Shown piece by piece: positions 39,592 to 51,865 of a DNA stretch of 64,000 nt; positions within the stretch are counted from its first letter, which is position 1, and each line of letters begins with the position of its first letter. Under the pieces are notes generated by a model that saw only the letters and a program-made list of their open reading frames with translations, had not been told where the DNA came from and made no database searches. Source of the DNA: Gammaproteobacteria bacterium. Lineage in GTDB: Bacteria; Pseudomonadota; Gammaproteobacteria; UBA4575. The stretch spans positions 417,199 through 481,198 of the forward strand of contig OZ251487.1 in the NCBI GenBank assembly GCA_965242685.1, written 5' to 3'. The position numbers were made by a program, and so were the translations under genes.

Positions 39592-39906
39592 TTACGCGCC
39601 GCCGTCAAGGCCGTGGGTGTGCGTGGCGTTAATGCGTATAAGTAATGGTTTGAACGGCAGTAAGGTCGGGTCGTTCTGTTCCACTATGGGCATGAATTTC
39701 AATGGTTCGTCGGAGAATTCGTAGTCGCCGTTCATGATCCGTTGATAGAGCTTTTTGATTTCGTTTTCCAACGGATCGAGGAAGATCAGTGCGTCACCCA
39801 TGAACTCTTCGTCAAACTCGATGGAGGCGCGCAGTTCTTCCACCTCGTAAACGGCTTGTTTTACCCAGTCAGTATATTCATCCAGTGTCTTGGCGCGGAT
39901 CATCAT
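39592..39906 (-). CDS. Hypothetical acidic small protein (104 aa)
   Basis: ORF track only; no family confidently recognised. Confidence 0.35.
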   Translation of the reverse strand: MMIRAKTLDEYTDWVKQAVYEVEELRASIEFDEEFMGDALIFLDPLENEIKKLYQRIMNGDYEFSDEPLKFMPIVEQNDPTLLPFKPLLIRINATHTHGLDGGA

Positions 39907-39915
39907 GATCAGCGT

Positions 39916-40158
39916 CTATTTACTGTGTTCGTCCCATTCTTCGGGAGTCAATGCCTTGATGCTCAAGGCATGTATCTCGCCACTGGCAATTTCCGTCTTC
40001 ACCGTTGCATATACTTGCTGGTGTTTTTTGACCGTGCTCATGTCCGCAAAGCCGGCACTGACCACAATGGCTTCATACTTGCCTTCGCTTCCCGTAACAA
40101 AGGCCTTGCAATCGGGCATTCCGGCTTCGATTCGTTTTTTTATTTCATCCGTGTTCAT
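39916..40158 (-). CDS. BolA-family protein (IbaG/YrbA-like)
   Basis: 80 aa; BolA signature region GEIHALSIKALTPEEW. Confidence 0.7.
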   Translation of the reverse strand: MNTDEIKKRIEAGMPDCKAFVTGSEGKYEAIVVSAGFADMSTVKKHQQVYATVKTEIASGEIHALSIKALTPEEWDEHSK

Positions 40159-40222
40159 GGCTGCATTTTACAATGTTTAGTCCGCAAAGATTTGCTCTTT
40201 CGCGCCCCCGTTGTGTATCGGT

Positions 40223-41356
40223 TCAGGGTGCGGCGTTTTCTTCCAGTAGTTGATCCAGTGTGTCGCCGATCAGTTCCCGTCTCCAGCTTTGTAAGACATC
40301 CGAAGGGCGTTGTCCACGAATTATTTTCTCTATCATGCCGCGGGTGGCCAGAAAGCTTGGCGCGAGGTTGAGTTCCCGGGCGCGTTCACGCACCCGTTGT
40401 AGGGCACATTTCATCAATCTGCGCTGTTCACGACTCAACGGGGCGGTGCGGAGGGTCGTCGGCCATTGTCGTTCGGGTATGCGGCGTGCCTTGTCTATAT
40501 TGCTGAGAAGGGCGTCCGAGTACAACGTGCGTTGTCGTCGAGTCAGTGCCTCGATGGTGGATAATGCCGCCGTGTTTGTCGGTTGTTCAATTGCCAGCGC
40601 ACGTAGTGACCTGTCACGCACGATCCATTGTCGTGGTTTGTTTTCCTTGACCGCCCGCCGCTCGCGCCATGTGGACAGCCGTTGTAACACCACCAGTTGT
40701 CGGGGGCTCAGTTTGCCGCTGCCCTTGATTGATTTCCAGGCGTCGTGCGGATCGAGTTTGTATCGTTCCGCGACACTCAGACGCCGGCATTCATCTTCGA
40801 CCCAGTGGGCGCGTTGGTATGATGTAAGCTCCCGCCTGAGATGATGATATATTGTGGCAAGGTATTTTACGTCGTCTGCGGCATATTGCAGTGCCTTGTC
40901 GGACAGGGGTCGGCGGTGCCAGGCCGTGCGGGATAAAGACTTGTCGAGAGTGATCCCGCATATTTTATCTACCAGGTACGCGTAGCTTACTTGTTCGCCG
41001 TAGCCTAGTGCGCTCGCGGCAATTTGTGTATCGAAGACGGGCGCCGGTATTTTGCCGTAGAGGTTGAAGAATACTTCCAGGTCCTGGCTCGCCGAATGGA
41101 ATACCTTGGTTATGGAGGGCAAACAGGTCAGCCCTTCAAGTATAGAGAGGTCTTTTATTGACAGAGTATCGATACAGGCTACCCTGTTATCCGTTGCCAC
41201 TTGAATCAGGCATAGACGCGGGTAATAGGTATTTTCGCGCATGAATTCGGTATCTAGTGCCAGCCAGTCCCGACCGGAAACGTCCGTGCAGAACGCCTGT
41301 AGCTCGCCGGTTGTCTGGATGACTTCAATCTTCATCGTCGGTATTTTCGTGCGCAT
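40223..41356 (-). CDS. rnd: Ribonuclease D (3'-5' exonuclease with HRDC domain)
   Basis: 377 aa; DEDD exonuclease motif LALDTEFMRENTYYPRLCLIQVA; HRDC region. Confidence 0.9.
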   Translation of the reverse strand: MRTKIPTMKIEVIQTTGELQAFCTDVSGRDWLALDTEFMRENTYYPRLCLIQVATDNRVACIDTLSIKDLSILEGLTCLPSITKVFHSASQDLEVFFNLYGKIPAPVFDTQIAASALGYGEQVSYAYLVDKICGITLDKSLSRTAWHRRPLSDKALQYAADDVKYLATIYHHLRRELTSYQRAHWVEDECRRLSVAERYKLDPHDAWKSIKGSGKLSPRQLVVLQRLSTWRERRAVKENKPRQWIVRDRSLRALAIEQPTNTAALSTIEALTRRQRTLYSDALLSNIDKARRIPERQWPTTLRTAPLSREQRRLMKCALQRVRERARELNLAPSFLATRGMIEKIIRGQRPSDVLQSWRRELIGDTLDQLLEENAAP

Positions 41357-42278
41357 GCTTTCAGCAAGGCCTTTGCAAGTATCCTTGTGGTTGATTGTAT
41401 TATGTTTGCCGCTTAGCGGTTGTACCGTACCCGCACAGAACTGGAAGTCGCCTTTTTTTCGTGACCACCCGCTCGTTGGAAAGATATGGGATACGCGGCA
41501 AGGCGCCTGGATTACGGAGCAACAACTGCATGGGGCGTTACTAGGGTATGACTACCTGTTATTGGGCGAGTCGCATGATAATATCGATCATCATATCGTT
41601 CAGGCGCGCCTGTTACGTTCCCTTGCTGTTGTCGGTGCTGAGCCGGTGGTGGTCATGGAAATGTTGCCCCAAGAGGCTTGGTCACGCCAGCCGCGTATCT
41701 GGGAGGATTTTCATGTCTTGCAGGCGCGGGCAAAAACATATGGTCCGGGTTGGCCGTGGGAGTTGTATGCGCCCATTCTGAAGGCGGTGGTACGACATCG
41801 GCTTGAATTGGTTGCCGGGAACGTCGGCGGTGAAATTCTGCATAAAAATGTCCCTCTCAACGTGAATGAGCGACTCGCTGAATACCCGATTGCGGCGGAT
41901 GATTTACAGCAGTTGCGGCAGGATATTGAAACTTCGCATTGTGGCTTTGCGAGCACCGCGCAGGTTCAATCCATGTTGTCGGTGCAATTGCGACGGGATC
42001 GGGCCATGGCGTCCGCGCTGATGGCAAGCCGGTCTCCCGCCGTGTTGATTGCGGGGAACGGTCACGTGCGCAGTGACTATGCGGTGCCGAAGCATTTGCG
42101 AGACGGGAACTATCTTTCTGTGGCATTGATTTCGGTCCTGCCGGGATGGTTCAGTCCGGAAGAGTATATGGACAAGCCGGGGTTGTTTGACGTATTGTAT
42201 TTTACGCCGAGCCATACCGATCAGGATGCATGCACGCACTTCAGAAAGCAGTTGGAGAGCTTGCGCCGTGATGAATGA
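41355..42278 (+). CDS. ChaN-family (haem-binding uptake, Tiki superfamily) lipoprotein
   Basis: ORF 41241 trimmed to MLSARPLQVSLWLIVLCLPLSGC (lipobox LSGC); conserved GESHDN and GNGH motifs of ChaN family. Confidence 0.7.
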   Translation: MLSARPLQVSLWLIVLCLPLSGCTVPAQNWKSPFFRDHPLVGKIWDTRQGAWITEQQLHGALLGYDYLLLGESHDNIDHHIVQARLLRSLAVVGAEPVVVMEMLPQEAWSRQPRIWEDFHVLQARAKTYGPGWPWELYAPILKAVVRHRLELVAGNVGGEILHKNVPLNVNERLAEYPIAADDLQQLRQDIETSHCGFASTAQVQSMLSVQLRRDRAMASALMASRSPAVLIAGNGHVRSDYAVPKHLRDGNYLSVALISVLPGWFSPEEYMDKPGLFDVLYFTPSHTDQDACTHFRKQLESLRRDE

Positions 42279-42373
42279 CAGGGTTTCTATCCCGTTTTAT
42301 CCCGCTTTATCCCATAAAAAAAGCCTTTTTCACTCTTTTCCCAGACTCAAAAATAAACGCAACTCTACACTTG

Positions 42374-42856
42374 TCAGTGGATGGATGCCGCCCTGTGCAC
42401 GGCACGTAATATGAAATAAACCCCCGGCCATACCAGCACGCTGGTTATCACGGGCGCCCAATACAGCCATCCTTCCGGATTTTCGCCAAGCATACCCGGC
42501 ACCCACAGGGATATGCCCATGTAAGGCAATAATATAACGCCTACAATCGGGGCTTGTTGGTGTAGCGGCTGATTGCGAATTTGCAGGTGAAATCGCACTG
42601 TAATGTAAGCGGTAATGGCGAACCCAAGGGCGTATTGACCCAGCAGCACGCCTTGCGTTGCATCCACGCATAACCCCACCATCCAGGCGATGCCTATCCC
42701 TATGTTTTTCGGCAGCGACAGGTTCCAGTAAATCAGTACCAATACCAGCCATTCGGGACGATAGGGGCGTGCCCAGTCGGGCAAGGGGATCAGCATCAGT
42801 ACCATTGCCGTTACCAGGGAAACGCCAATTACGAAGATATTCAAGTACCTGTTCAC
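42374..42856 (-). CDS. mreD: Rod shape-determining protein MreD
   Basis: 160 aa polytopic membrane protein directly downstream of mreC. Confidence 0.85.
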   Translation of the reverse strand: MNRYLNIFVIGVSLVTAMVLMLIPLPDWARPYRPEWLVLVLIYWNLSLPKNIGIGIAWMVGLCVDATQGVLLGQYALGFAITAYITVRFHLQIRNQPLHQQAPIVGVILLPYMGISLWVPGMLGENPEGWLYWAPVITSVLVWPGVYFILRAVHRAASIH

Positions 42857-42858
42857 GT

Positions 42859-43656
42859 TCAGTGATCGTCGTTCATCGTATGGTCGGTGTTTTGATTATT
42901 TGGCCATATCAGTAACACTTCTCGGATCACATTGAGATCGACAAGGGGTTTCGCGGCTACTTTCATAAAGGTTTCGCCCGAGGTTTTCTGGATGCTGGTG
43001 ATCTTGGCGATGGGATAGTTGGGTGGATAGCGATTGTCTAGCCCCGAGGTGGTCACCAGATCGCCTACCTTGACGTCCGCGCTATTGGTCAGGTGCCGCA
43101 ATTCGAGTCTTTCAGGGCTGCCGGTTCCAAATATTAGGCTACGTTCCCCACTTCGCGTTATGGTGCCCAGCAAAGTGTGATTCGGATCCGAAATCAAGAT
43201 GGCGATAGAATTGAATACGCTTGTTTTGTCAATCTGACCGATGATGCCTTTTGCACCCAGTAAGGGTTGTCCTTCATAAACTCCGTCTCGCGAGCCCTTG
43301 TTCAATACGATGCGCTGATGGTAGGGATACATGTCTATGGACATCAGTTCGGCGATCAGCAAGCGTTCTTTTCTGAAGGGTTTGGAAGACATGAGTAATT
43401 CGCGTAAACGGGCATTTTCCCGTTCCAGGGCGGCGAGCTTTTGTAGTTGTATTTCGAGGTGCGCCTGTTTTTTTTTCAGTTTGACATTATCGTTTAAAAG
43501 TTTGTTGCGTGTAGAGAATGATTCGTTTCCCCAACGGTATATTTCCACGGGTAGTGCCGCCAGGGATTTGATGGGGTACACTACTGTACCGAGTACTGTG
43601 CGCATTTCACGCAAGTAATGAAGGCGATGATCAACAAACATCATGCCGATAGACAC
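42859..43656 (-). CDS. mreC: Rod shape-determining protein MreC
   Basis: 265 aa; N-terminal TM, coiled coil (LERENARLRELLMS), beta-rich C-domain; between mreB and mreD. Confidence 0.9.
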   Translation of the reverse strand: MSIGMMFVDHRLHYLREMRTVLGTVVYPIKSLAALPVEIYRWGNESFSTRNKLLNDNVKLKKKQAHLEIQLQKLAALERENARLRELLMSSKPFRKERLLIAELMSIDMYPYHQRIVLNKGSRDGVYEGQPLLGAKGIIGQIDKTSVFNSIAILISDPNHTLLGTITRSGERSLIFGTGSPERLELRHLTNSADVKVGDLVTTSGLDNRYPPNYPIAKITSIQKTSGETFMKVAAKPLVDLNVIREVLLIWPNNQNTDHTMNDDH

Positions 43657-43805
43657 AACGACCAGGATAAAAATTTTGGTGGAATTGCGCGAAGTTGGGG
43701 GAAATAGTTGTTTTATGGTAAACCCCCGTCTAGTTGGCGGCCTTCTGTACTACATGGGAAAGCTAATGATAGCCGCGTCATCTCTTGCGTATCAGTGCAA
43801 AGTCG

Positions 43806-44849
43806 TTATTCTGTGGCTAATAGCTCCGTCCCCCCTTCGTCCATGTTTTCCAGAATGTGCCCACCGCCGCAGGCGACCGACGTCAGGGGGTTTTCGGCAA
43901 TGATCGCAGTAATGCTGGTCTCTTTCATGATGAGGCGGTCTATGTCTTTTAGCAGGGCGCCTCCACCAGTCACCACGATGCCTCTTTCTGCCACGTCCGC
44001 ACCGAGTTCCGGAGGGGTTTGTTCAAGCGCGGTTTTTACCGCATGGATAATTCCGTTCAAGGGTTCCTGCAAGGCTTTGCGAATTTCATTACTGTTTAAC
44101 GTGAAGGTTTTTGGAATGCCTTGCGACAGGCTTCTGCCGCTGATCTCTATTTCCAGTGTTTCTTTTCCGGGGTATGCGGTACCTATTTTGTGTTTGATTT
44201 TCTCGGCCGTGCTATCTCCTATCAGGGTGCCGTGTACTCTGCGAATGTGATTGATGATCGATTCATTGAATTTATCTCCACCGATACGTATGGATAAGGA
44301 GAAGACGATACCGTTGAGTGAAAGTATTGCTACTTCGGAAGTGCCACCGCCTATATCCAACACCATAGATCCGCACGCCTCCGCAATGGGCAAGCCGGTG
44401 CCTATGGCGGCGGCAACAGGTTCTTCAATCAGGTACGCCTTGCGTGCCCCTGCTCCTAGGGCCGACTCACGAATGGCACGACGTTCTACTTGAGTCGCCC
44501 CACAGGGGACACAGATTAGTACCCTCGGGCTAGGTCTCAGTAAATGATTTTTATGCACTTTTTGGATGAAATGCTGTAGCATTTTTTCCGTGGTGGTGAA
44601 ATCGGCGATGACACCGTCTTTGAGGGGGCGAATGGTCTCAATATTTTGAGGGGTGCGTCCAAGCATGTCTTTTGCCATCAAGCCGATGGCGGCAACGGTG
44701 CGCGAGCCGCGAGATGAGTTTTTATGGACGGCTACTACGGAAGGTTCGTTCAACACGATGCCTTTACCTGCCATGTAAATCAGCGTGTTGGCAGTGCCCA
44801 AGTCAATAGACAAGTCGCTGGAGAAGATCCCCGTAAAGCGTTTGAGCAT
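43806..44849 (-). CDS. mreB: Rod shape-determining actin homologue MreB
   Basis: 347 aa; [30 protein letters not shown] actin-fold motifs. Confidence 0.95.
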   Translation of the reverse strand: MLKRFTGIFSSDLSIDLGTANTLIYMAGKGIVLNEPSVVAVHKNSSRGSRTVAAIGLMAKDMLGRTPQNIETIRPLKDGVIADFTTTEKMLQHFIQKVHKNHLLRPSPRVLICVPCGATQVERRAIRESALGAGARKAYLIEEPVAAAIGTGLPIAEACGSMVLDIGGGTSEVAILSLNGIVFSLSIRIGGDKFNESIINHIRRVHGTLIGDSTAEKIKHKIGTAYPGKETLEIEISGRSLSQGIPKTFTLNSNEIRKALQEPLNGIIHAVKTALEQTPPELGADVAERGIVVTGGGALLKDIDRLIMKETSITAIIAENPLTSVACGGGHILENMDEGGTELLATE

Positions 44850-45065
44850 GGATTGAATCGCAGTTAATGTCTGGTTGTTGAGAGGCTTACTTTAACAGCA
44901 CCTAAAATTTAGGGCAAGAATAAACAGTGTTGTACGTGTCGGTGAATAGAGTAATTAGTAGTAATAGTGTGTGAGCATATTCTGTAGACATAAAACAGGT
45001 CGTGTGTATTTTTTTATTTTACAGGTTTTTAGTGTACTCATTCACTGGTTGTGGGTAATGGATTT

Positions 45066-45353
45066 ATGACTATCTCTGCCGAAGAAGTGTTGAAGATCGC
45101 CGCTTTGGCGCGCCTACAGGTTCGAGAGGAGGATGCCGAGCGCTATGCGATTGATCTCTCGAAGATAGTGTCACTGGCCGAGCAGATGAATGCGGTCGAT
45201 ACACAGGCAGTGACGCCTATGGCGCATCCGCTTGAGGTGGCCCAACGTCTGCGTGAGGATGAGGTAACTGAAACCGACCGGCGCGAGGAATTTCAAGCGC
45301 TTGCACCGCAAGTGCAACGAGGTTTTTACAAGGTGCCCAAAGTTATTGAGTGA
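45066..45353 (+). CDS. gatC: Asp-tRNA(Asn)/Glu-tRNA(Gln) amidotransferase subunit C
   Basis: about 95 aa; MTISAEEVLKIAALARLQV..; immediately upstream of gatA-gatB. Confidence 0.85.
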   Translation: MTISAEEVLKIAALARLQVREEDAERYAIDLSKIVSLAEQMNAVDTQAVTPMAHPLEVAQRLREDEVTETDRREEFQALAPQVQRGFYKVPKVIE

Positions 45354-45422
45354 TTCCGCTTTTTTCTTTGGAAGATTGCAAGCCGCTGTCGGAAACCGGA
45401 CGAATACTTTAATTACGAATTT

Positions 45423-46874
45423 ATGCGCGAACTTTCCGTTTCACAGCTTGCTGAAGGATTACGCAAGAGCGATTTTTCCAGCGTTGAGCTGACGCGATAT
45501 TTTCTCGACCGTATGCGGCGGTATCGGGATATCAATGCGTTCATTACTGTAACGGAAGAACACGCGATGTTACAGGCGGTTCGTGCGGATCAACTGATCA
45601 AGGAGGGAAAGCACGGTGCGCTGACGGGGGTTCCGCTGGTGCACAAGGACATTTTCTGTATGCGTGGCATAAAGACCTCCTGCGGTTCGAAAATGCTGGA
45701 TAATTTTATTGCTCCCTACGATGCGACGGTAGTTGAAAAATTGGAGCGAGCGGGTTGTGTGACGCTCGGTCGCACCAATATGGACGAGTTTGCCATGGGG
45801 TCTTCCAATGAAACCAGTTACTACGGTGTGGTTAAAAATCCATGGAATTCTGCATGTGTAACAGGCGGCTCATCGGGAGGTTCCGCGGCGGCGGTCGCCG
45901 CTCGTTTGGCGCCCTTGGCAACAGGCACCGATACGGGCGGATCAATCCGACAACCGGCGGCATTGTGTGGGATTACCGGTATAAAACCGACCTATGGACG
46001 GGTTTCACGGTACGGCATGGTCGCGTTTGCCTCCAGCCTTGACCAAGGCGGGGCATTCGGAAAATCTGCCCGGGATTGTGCATACCTGCTACGGGCGATG
46101 GCGGGATTTGATAAGAAGGATTCCACCAGTGTGGAACAGTCGGTTCCGAACTATGCGGAGTCCTTGCAGCCGTCGTTAAAAGGCAAGGTGATCGGGGTGC
46201 CGCGCGAGTATTTTAAGACAGCTTTGCAGCCGGGTATAAAAGAGGCCGTTACCCGTGCGATGTCCTGGTTCGAGCAACAAGGTTGTGAGATTAGGGATAT
46301 TACCCTTGCACACACCGAGTTGGCTATTCCCGCGTATTACATCATTGCCTGTGCCGAGTGTTCTTCTAACTTGGCACGTTTTGACGGTGTGCGTTACGGC
46401 TATCGCTGTGAACACCCGCAAGATTTACGCGATTTATATGATCGCAGCCGCAGCGAAGGATTTGGCGAGGAAGTGAAACGGCGCATTATGATGGGCACTT
46501 ATGCGTTGTCCTCGGGATATTACGATGCCTATTACCTAAAGGCTCAAAAAATCAGGAGACTGATCAGTGAAGACTTTCAAAAGGCATTTACGGAGGTTGA
46601 CGTCATCCTCGGCCCTACCACGCCCGAACCGGCCTTCAAGATCGGTGAAAAGACGAACGACCCCGTGACGATGTACCTATCGGATATTTATACCATTGCC
46701 GTAAATCTTGCCGGATTACCCGCAATGTCGGTGCCTTGCGGCAGGCAGGGGGAATTACCGGTCGGTATGCAACTGACGGGTAACTATTTTGAAGAAGGCA
46801 AGCTACTGGGCTTTGCTCATCAATATCAGTTGGCCACCGAGTGGCACCGACAATGCCCGGAGAATTTTCAATAG
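45423..46874 (+). CDS. gatA: Glutamyl-tRNA(Gln) amidotransferase subunit A
   Basis: 483 aa; amidase signature [13 protein letters not shown]; conserved GatA blocks. Confidence 0.95.
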   Translation: MRELSVSQLAEGLRKSDFSSVELTRYFLDRMRRYRDINAFITVTEEHAMLQAVRADQLIKEGKHGALTGVPLVHKDIFCMRGIKTSCGSKMLDNFIAPYDATVVEKLERAGCVTLGRTNMDEFAMGSSNETSYYGVVKNPWNSACVTGGSSGGSAAAVAARLAPLATGTDTGGSIRQPAALCGITGIKPTYGRVSRYGMVAFASSLDQGGAFGKSARDCAYLLRAMAGFDKKDSTSVEQSVPNYAESLQPSLKGKVIGVPREYFKTALQPGIKEAVTRAMSWFEQQGCEIRDITLAHTELAIPAYYIIACAECSSNLARFDGVRYGYRCEHPQDLRDLYDRSRSEGFGEEVKRRIMMGTYALSSGYYDAYYLKAQKIRRLISEDFQKAFTEVDVILGPTTPEPAFKIGEKTNDPVTMYLSDIYTIAVNLAGLPAMSVPCGRQGELPVGMQLTGNYFEEGKLLGFAHQYQLATEWHRQCPENFQ

Positions 46875-46882
46875 GTGCGTGT

Positions 46883-48355
46883 ATGGAGTGGGAAGCGGTC
46901 ATCGGTTTAGAAATTCACGCACAGCTTGCGACTCACAGCAAGATTTTTTCGGGGGCGTCCACGGCCTTTGGCGCCGTTCCCAACACACAGGCTTGTGCCG
47001 TAGACCTTGGTTTGCCGGGCGTTTTACCGGTGTTGAATCGAGAAGCCGTGCGCATGGCAATAATGTTTGGTTTAGCGGTGGACGCCACGATCGCACGGCG
47101 ATCAATCTTTGCGCGCAAGAATTACTTTTATCCCGATCTGCCCAAGGGCTATCAGATCAGCCAGTATGAACTCCCCATCGTTGAGCATGGCACGTTGGAA
47201 ATCGTCTCAAAAGAAGGGCGGCGAAAGGTTGTCGGGATCAAACGTGCGCACCTGGAAGAAGATGCGGGAAAATCCTTGCACGAAGAATTTCAAGAGCATA
47301 CCGGTATTGACCTGAATCGCGCAGGTACGCCGTTACTTGAGATCGTCTCCGAACCTGACATGCGCTCGGCGGCGGAAGCAGTCGCCTACATGAGAAAGGT
47401 ACACTCCATCGTACGCTACCTGGAAATTTCCGATGGCAACATGCAGGAAGGGTCGTTTCGTTGTGACGCCAACATCTCGGTGCGGCCCGCAGGGCAACGA
47501 CAACTCGGCACCCGCACCGAAATAAAAAATCTCAACTCATTCCGTTTTGTGGAACACGCTATCAATTTTGAAATTGAACGGCAGATTGACGTGCTAGAAG
47601 CCGGTGGGCAAGTCGTACAGGAGACTCGTTTGTATGACCCCGGCCGAAATGAAACGCGCGTCATGCGGTCGAAGGAAGAAGCCAATGATTACCGTTATTT
47701 CCCTGACCCCGATTTATTACCGATAGTCATTGAAGCCGGGATGCTACAGGAAATCAAGCGGCAATTACCGGAATTACCGGAAGAAAAAATTGCGCGCTTC
47801 AAAAGGGAATATGACGGTCTGGATGAATATGACATCAGTCGCCTTATAATGAACAAGGCGACGGCGGAATACTTTGAAGAAACCGTGCGCCATGCACAAG
47901 GCAAGGCGAAGCTTGCCGCCAACTGGATTTTGGGCGAGTTGAGCGCCGCGTTGACCGGAGTCGAAGACCTGATCGAGCGAAGTGATCATCTGAACGATGG
48001 AGAAACTGGACAATGCCCTGTCAACCCCTCCATGCTGGCCGCTTTGTTGTGCCGCATTGATGACGGCACTTTGTCAAGCAAGACTGCCAAGCAGGTATTT
48101 CAGGCCATGTGGGAAGGAAAGGGGGACATAGATGAAATTATCAAGGCAAGAGGGCTTGAACAAATTACCGACCAAGGAGAAATCGCAACACTTGTTGAAC
48201 GAGTAATTGCTGAACACCCCGGCCAGGTTCGGCAATATCAGTCCGGCAAGGAAAAGATGTTCGGGTTTTTTGTCGGTCAGGTGATGAAACTTTCCAAGGG
48301 CAAGGCAAACCCGCAGCAAGTGAATCAGTTATTGAGGAGTAAGTTGAAACCGTAG
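46883..48355 (+). CDS. gatB: Asp/Glu-tRNA amidotransferase subunit B
   Basis: Start trimmed to [15 protein letters not shown] (canonical GatB N-terminus); conserved GatB blocks. Confidence 0.95.
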   Translation: MEWEAVIGLEIHAQLATHSKIFSGASTAFGAVPNTQACAVDLGLPGVLPVLNREAVRMAIMFGLAVDATIARRSIFARKNYFYPDLPKGYQISQYELPIVEHGTLEIVSKEGRRKVVGIKRAHLEEDAGKSLHEEFQEHTGIDLNRAGTPLLEIVSEPDMRSAAEAVAYMRKVHSIVRYLEISDGNMQEGSFRCDANISVRPAGQRQLGTRTEIKNLNSFRFVEHAINFEIERQIDVLEAGGQVVQETRLYDPGRNETRVMRSKEEANDYRYFPDPDLLPIVIEAGMLQEIKRQLPELPEEKIARFKREYDGLDEYDISRLIMNKATAEYFEETVRHAQGKAKLAANWILGELSAALTGVEDLIERSDHLNDGETGQCPVNPSMLAALLCRIDDGTLSSKTAKQVFQAMWEGKGDIDEIIKARGLEQITDQGEIATLVERVIAEHPGQVRQYQSGKEKMFGFFVGQVMKLSKGKANPQQVNQLLRSKLKP

Positions 48356-48429
48356 CGTTGGCATTGCATCCATTCAGGGAATGGTTTGATATGTGTATAT
48401 ACGCACAACGGGTCGGCTATCTCGTTTCA

Positions 48430-49269
48430 TCAAGCCGGGTTACTTTGGCCGCTGACCGCACGTTTCAACCTTGTCAAGTCATAATGCGTTTTTATTGGCG
48501 TGAAATGATTCTGTTTGAATAGCTGCCGTACCGCTTTTGCCTGCTGATAGCCGTGTTCGACGACCAGGTGTCCGTGGGAGTATAAATGTTCAGGCGCGCC
48601 GGCAATGACTTGCTCTAGGTCGTACAAGCCATTGTTGTTGCTGATAACGGCTTTTTGCGGCTCAAAAGCGGCAACCTGCCAGACCAAGCTCTGATCATCC
48701 CGCGCGACGTAAGGGGGGTTGCACACGATGACGTCAAACTTTGCATGCCCCAAGTTTTCGTACCAGTTCCCGTGAACCAGGGTGACGTCGGCATTGTGCC
48801 GCGCGGCATTCAGTGCGGCAACTTGTAGGGCCGAAGCGGAAACGTCTGTGGCAACTACGGTGCAATCACGGCACTCGCTTGCGATGGCCACGGCGATACA
48901 GCCCGTACCCGTACCCAAATCCAACACGCGCGGCCTTTCCTTTTCTGCAACGATGTTAAGTACGATTTCGACGAGCAGCTCCGTTTCAGGCCGTGGAATC
49001 AGCACGTGTTCATTGACCGCGAAGACCAGTGACCAGAATTCTTTTTCGCCGGTGATGTAGGCAAGCGGTTCCCCGCGAACCTGGCGCATCAGTGATGAGT
49101 TAAATAGCATTTTTTCTTGCTCGGACAGGCTTGTTTCGGGATACGCCATCAACATGGCTTGGGGCACGCCACATGCGTGGCAAACCAGGTATTGTGCATC
49201 GCGCCGGGCATGGCTGCTGCACGACAACAGTTGTGCCGTTGCGTAATCAACGGCTTCTCTCCGATTCAT
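48430..49269 (-). CDS. prmC: Release factor glutamine N5-methyltransferase
   Basis: 279 aa; [15 protein letters not shown] motif and NPPY catalytic motif (IVCNPPYV); downstream of prfA with 4-nt overlap. Confidence 0.9.
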   Translation of the reverse strand: MNRREAVDYATAQLLSCSSHARRDAQYLVCHACGVPQAMLMAYPETSLSEQEKMLFNSSLMRQVRGEPLAYITGEKEFWSLVFAVNEHVLIPRPETELLVEIVLNIVAEKERPRVLDLGTGTGCIAVAIASECRDCTVVATDVSASALQVAALNAARHNADVTLVHGNWYENLGHAKFDVIVCNPPYVARDDQSLVWQVAAFEPQKAVISNNNGLYDLEQVIAGAPEHLYSHGHLVVEHGYQQAKAVRQLFKQNHFTPIKTHYDLTRLKRAVSGQSNPA

Positions 49270-50369
49270 GGTGCAGATGATCGATCTTGCAGATCGGCCA
49301 ACAGATCGGCCTGGTGCTCATTGCAAAGGGATTGGATAATCGGGTCTACGTTGCCTTGCATCATTTCATTCAGTTTGTACAGCGTCAGGTTGATGCGGTG
49401 GTCGGTGACCCTGTTTTGGGGAAAGTTGTAGGTGCGTATGCGTTCGGAACGGTCGCCGCTGCCGATCAGGTCGCGGCGCGTCTCGGCTTGCTTGTCAAGT
49501 TGTTTTTGACGCTCCCTGTCCAGCAGCCGGGCACTTAACAGGGCCATGGCGCGCGCGCGGTTTTTGTGTTGCGAGCGCTCGTCCTGACATTCCACCACGA
49601 TACCGGTCGGCAGGTGCGTGATGCGTATGGCGGAATCGGTTTTGTTGACGTGTTGTCCGCCCGCGCCGGAGGCGCGAAACGTGTCGATACGCAGGTCCGC
49701 CGGATTGATTTCCACGTCATCAATGGTGTCGACCTCCGGCATCACGGCGACGGTTGCCGCGGAGGTGTGCACGCGTCCTTGGGATTCTGTTTCCGGTACG
49801 CGCTGGATGCGGTGGACACCGGATTCAAATTTTAGATTGGAGTACACGCTATCGCCGCTGATTTTGGCGATGATCTCCTTGTAGCCGCCATGATCACCTT
49901 CGTTTTGGTTTATGATTTCTACTTGCCATCGTTTGATTTCCGCATAGCGACAGTACATGCGGAATAGGTCGCCGGCAAAGATCGCCGCTTCGTCGCCCCC
50001 TGTGCCGGCCCGAATTTCTAGAAATACGTTGCTTTCATCGTGGGGGTCTTTGGGTAGCAGCAAGGCTTGTAGTTCGTCGGTAAGACGTTGGATTTTTTGT
50101 TCACAGTTTTTAATTTCTTCTACGGCCATGGACTGTAATTCTTTATCTTCATTTTTGTCGGCAGCTATTTCTCTGATGGAGGCAAGATTGTCGATAGCGT
50201 TCTGATATCTCCTAAATTTTAGTACTACCGGCTCGAGCTGTGCGTATTCTTTTGAAAGGTTGGCGAAAGTGTTCTGGTTGCTGATGATCTTCGGGTTGGT
50301 TAATTTGACGGATATCTTTTCGTATCGCGCCTTGATGATTTCGAGTTTGTTTATCGTTGAATCTTTCAT
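49266..50369 (-). CDS. prfA: Peptide chain release factor 1
   Basis: 367 aa; GGQ motif ([23 protein letters not shown]) and PxT-type recognition region. Confidence 0.95.
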   Translation of the reverse strand: MKDSTINKLEIIKARYEKISVKLTNPKIISNQNTFANLSKEYAQLEPVVLKFRRYQNAIDNLASIREIAADKNEDKELQSMAVEEIKNCEQKIQRLTDELQALLLPKDPHDESNVFLEIRAGTGGDEAAIFAGDLFRMYCRYAEIKRWQVEIINQNEGDHGGYKEIIAKISGDSVYSNLKFESGVHRIQRVPETESQGRVHTSAATVAVMPEVDTIDDVEINPADLRIDTFRASGAGGQHVNKTDSAIRITHLPTGIVVECQDERSQHKNRARAMALLSARLLDRERQKQLDKQAETRRDLIGSGDRSERIRTYNFPQNRVTDHRINLTLYKLNEMMQGNVDPIIQSLCNEHQADLLADLQDRSSAP

Positions 50370-50442
50370 GGCTGTATAGGGTCTTTAGCGTGCAAGATAC
50401 ATGGTTTTCATTCGTGAACGGATGCCGAGTCTATTTATCAAG

Positions 50443-51708
50443 TTATTTATCGGTGGGGATGTTCAAGAGTGTACGCGCCGCCTTGATCAATTCGTTTCGG
50501 TTTTCTTTGTCGGCGAGATGGAGCGCCTTGGTGGGGGCATGTGTGAACTTGTTGGTTAATGTGTACGCCAAATAGTGCAGGACTTCTTCCAGGGGCTTGC
50601 CTTGCTCCGACATTTTTCGTGCTTTTTCCAGTACGTCATCACGTTGCAACTCCGCCTTGCAACGGAGTGCGCGTACTGTATCAACGACGTTTTGGCCCCG
50701 CAGCCACGAAGAAAATGTGTTGACTTCGCCGTCGATAATTTTTTCAGCCTGGTCGGCGGCCCGTTTGCGGGATTGCAGGCCCTGCTCAACAACGTCTCGC
50801 AAGTCGTCAATGGTGTACAGATACACGTCGGCCAGCTTGGCTACTTCCGGCTCAATGTCTCTGGGAATGGCAAGGTCAACCATGAATATGGGCTTGTGTT
50901 TGCGTTGCTTGAGTGTACGTTCTATCAGTCCTTTGCCGAGAATCGGTAAGGTGCTTGCCGTGGCGGTGATGACAATTTCGGATTGTGGCAACACTTCACT
51001 GATAAAGTTCAATGTCATTCCCTGTCCGCCCACTCGCTTGGCGATGTGTTGCGCACGTTCCATGCTGCGGTTGGCAACCATTATTTTTCCTATACCTGCG
51101 CCTTTCAGGTGTTCACAGGTAAGCTCAATCGTTTCGCCCGCACCGATAAGTAATGCCGTGTGTGGTTTCAAGTCACCAAAGATACGTTTTGACAAAGTTA
51201 CTGCCGAAGAGGCGACGGAAACCGGATTTGTACCGATGGCAGTGTCGGTGCGGATCTTTTTTGCGACGTTGAAGGCACGTTGAAAAAGCTGATTGAGGTT
51301 TCTACCCAAGGTACCCGCTTGTAGGGCGCCGTGATATGCGGTTTTAAGTTGTCCTAATATTTGCGGTTCTCCAAGCACCATGGAATCCAGCCCGCAAGCC
51401 ACGCGAAACAGGTGCCGAACTACCGATTCATCCAAGTGGTCGTATAGATAGGGGCCGATACTGCCTGGTTGCAAGTTATGAAAAGCATTGAGCCAGTCAA
51501 GGATTTTTTCTTTGCTTTCATTGATCGGATTGGTTTCACAGTATAGTTCAGTGCGGTTACAGGTTGAAATAATGACTGCCTCGTCTACTTGTGGAAGCGT
51601 GACCAACTCCTTTAGGGCAGGGGTAAGGTGCTGTTTGTCGATGGCGACCCGCTCACGCACCTGTACGGGTGCCGTGGTGTGATTAACGCCCAAATTGAAC
51701 AGAGACAT
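50443..51708 (-). CDS. hemA: Glutamyl-tRNA reductase
   Basis: 421 aa; MSLFNLGVNHTTAPVQVRERV N-terminus, NAD-binding LLIGAGETIE; hemA-prfA-prmC synteny. Confidence 0.95.
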   Translation of the reverse strand: MSLFNLGVNHTTAPVQVRERVAIDKQHLTPALKELVTLPQVDEAVIISTCNRTELYCETNPINESKEKILDWLNAFHNLQPGSIGPYLYDHLDESVVRHLFRVACGLDSMVLGEPQILGQLKTAYHGALQAGTLGRNLNQLFQRAFNVAKKIRTDTAIGTNPVSVASSAVTLSKRIFGDLKPHTALLIGAGETIELTCEHLKGAGIGKIMVANRSMERAQHIAKRVGGQGMTLNFISEVLPQSEIVITATASTLPILGKGLIERTLKQRKHKPIFMVDLAIPRDIEPEVAKLADVYLYTIDDLRDVVEQGLQSRKRAADQAEKIIDGEVNTFSSWLRGQNVVDTVRALRCKAELQRDDVLEKARKMSEQGKPLEEVLHYLAYTLTNKFTHAPTKALHLADKENRNELIKAARTLLNIPTDK

Positions 51709-51865
51709 GGAAACGAGTGTGTTGGGTGGTAATGTGCCTGTGAGGTTTGATGTCAGGCATAGTATGTGTGGTTGCTTCGGTTAACGGCTATTTTGTCAAA
51801 ATATGTATGTATTGCCAGAATAACTGAAGTAATATTTGGATGCAGTCTAATCAAGCCGCCAACGT

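Noticed and set aside
41241-41354. N-terminal extension of the chaN-like ORF overlapping rnd
   Set aside because: The lipoprotein signal peptide starts at Met 41355, and the extension overlaps the divergent rnd start.
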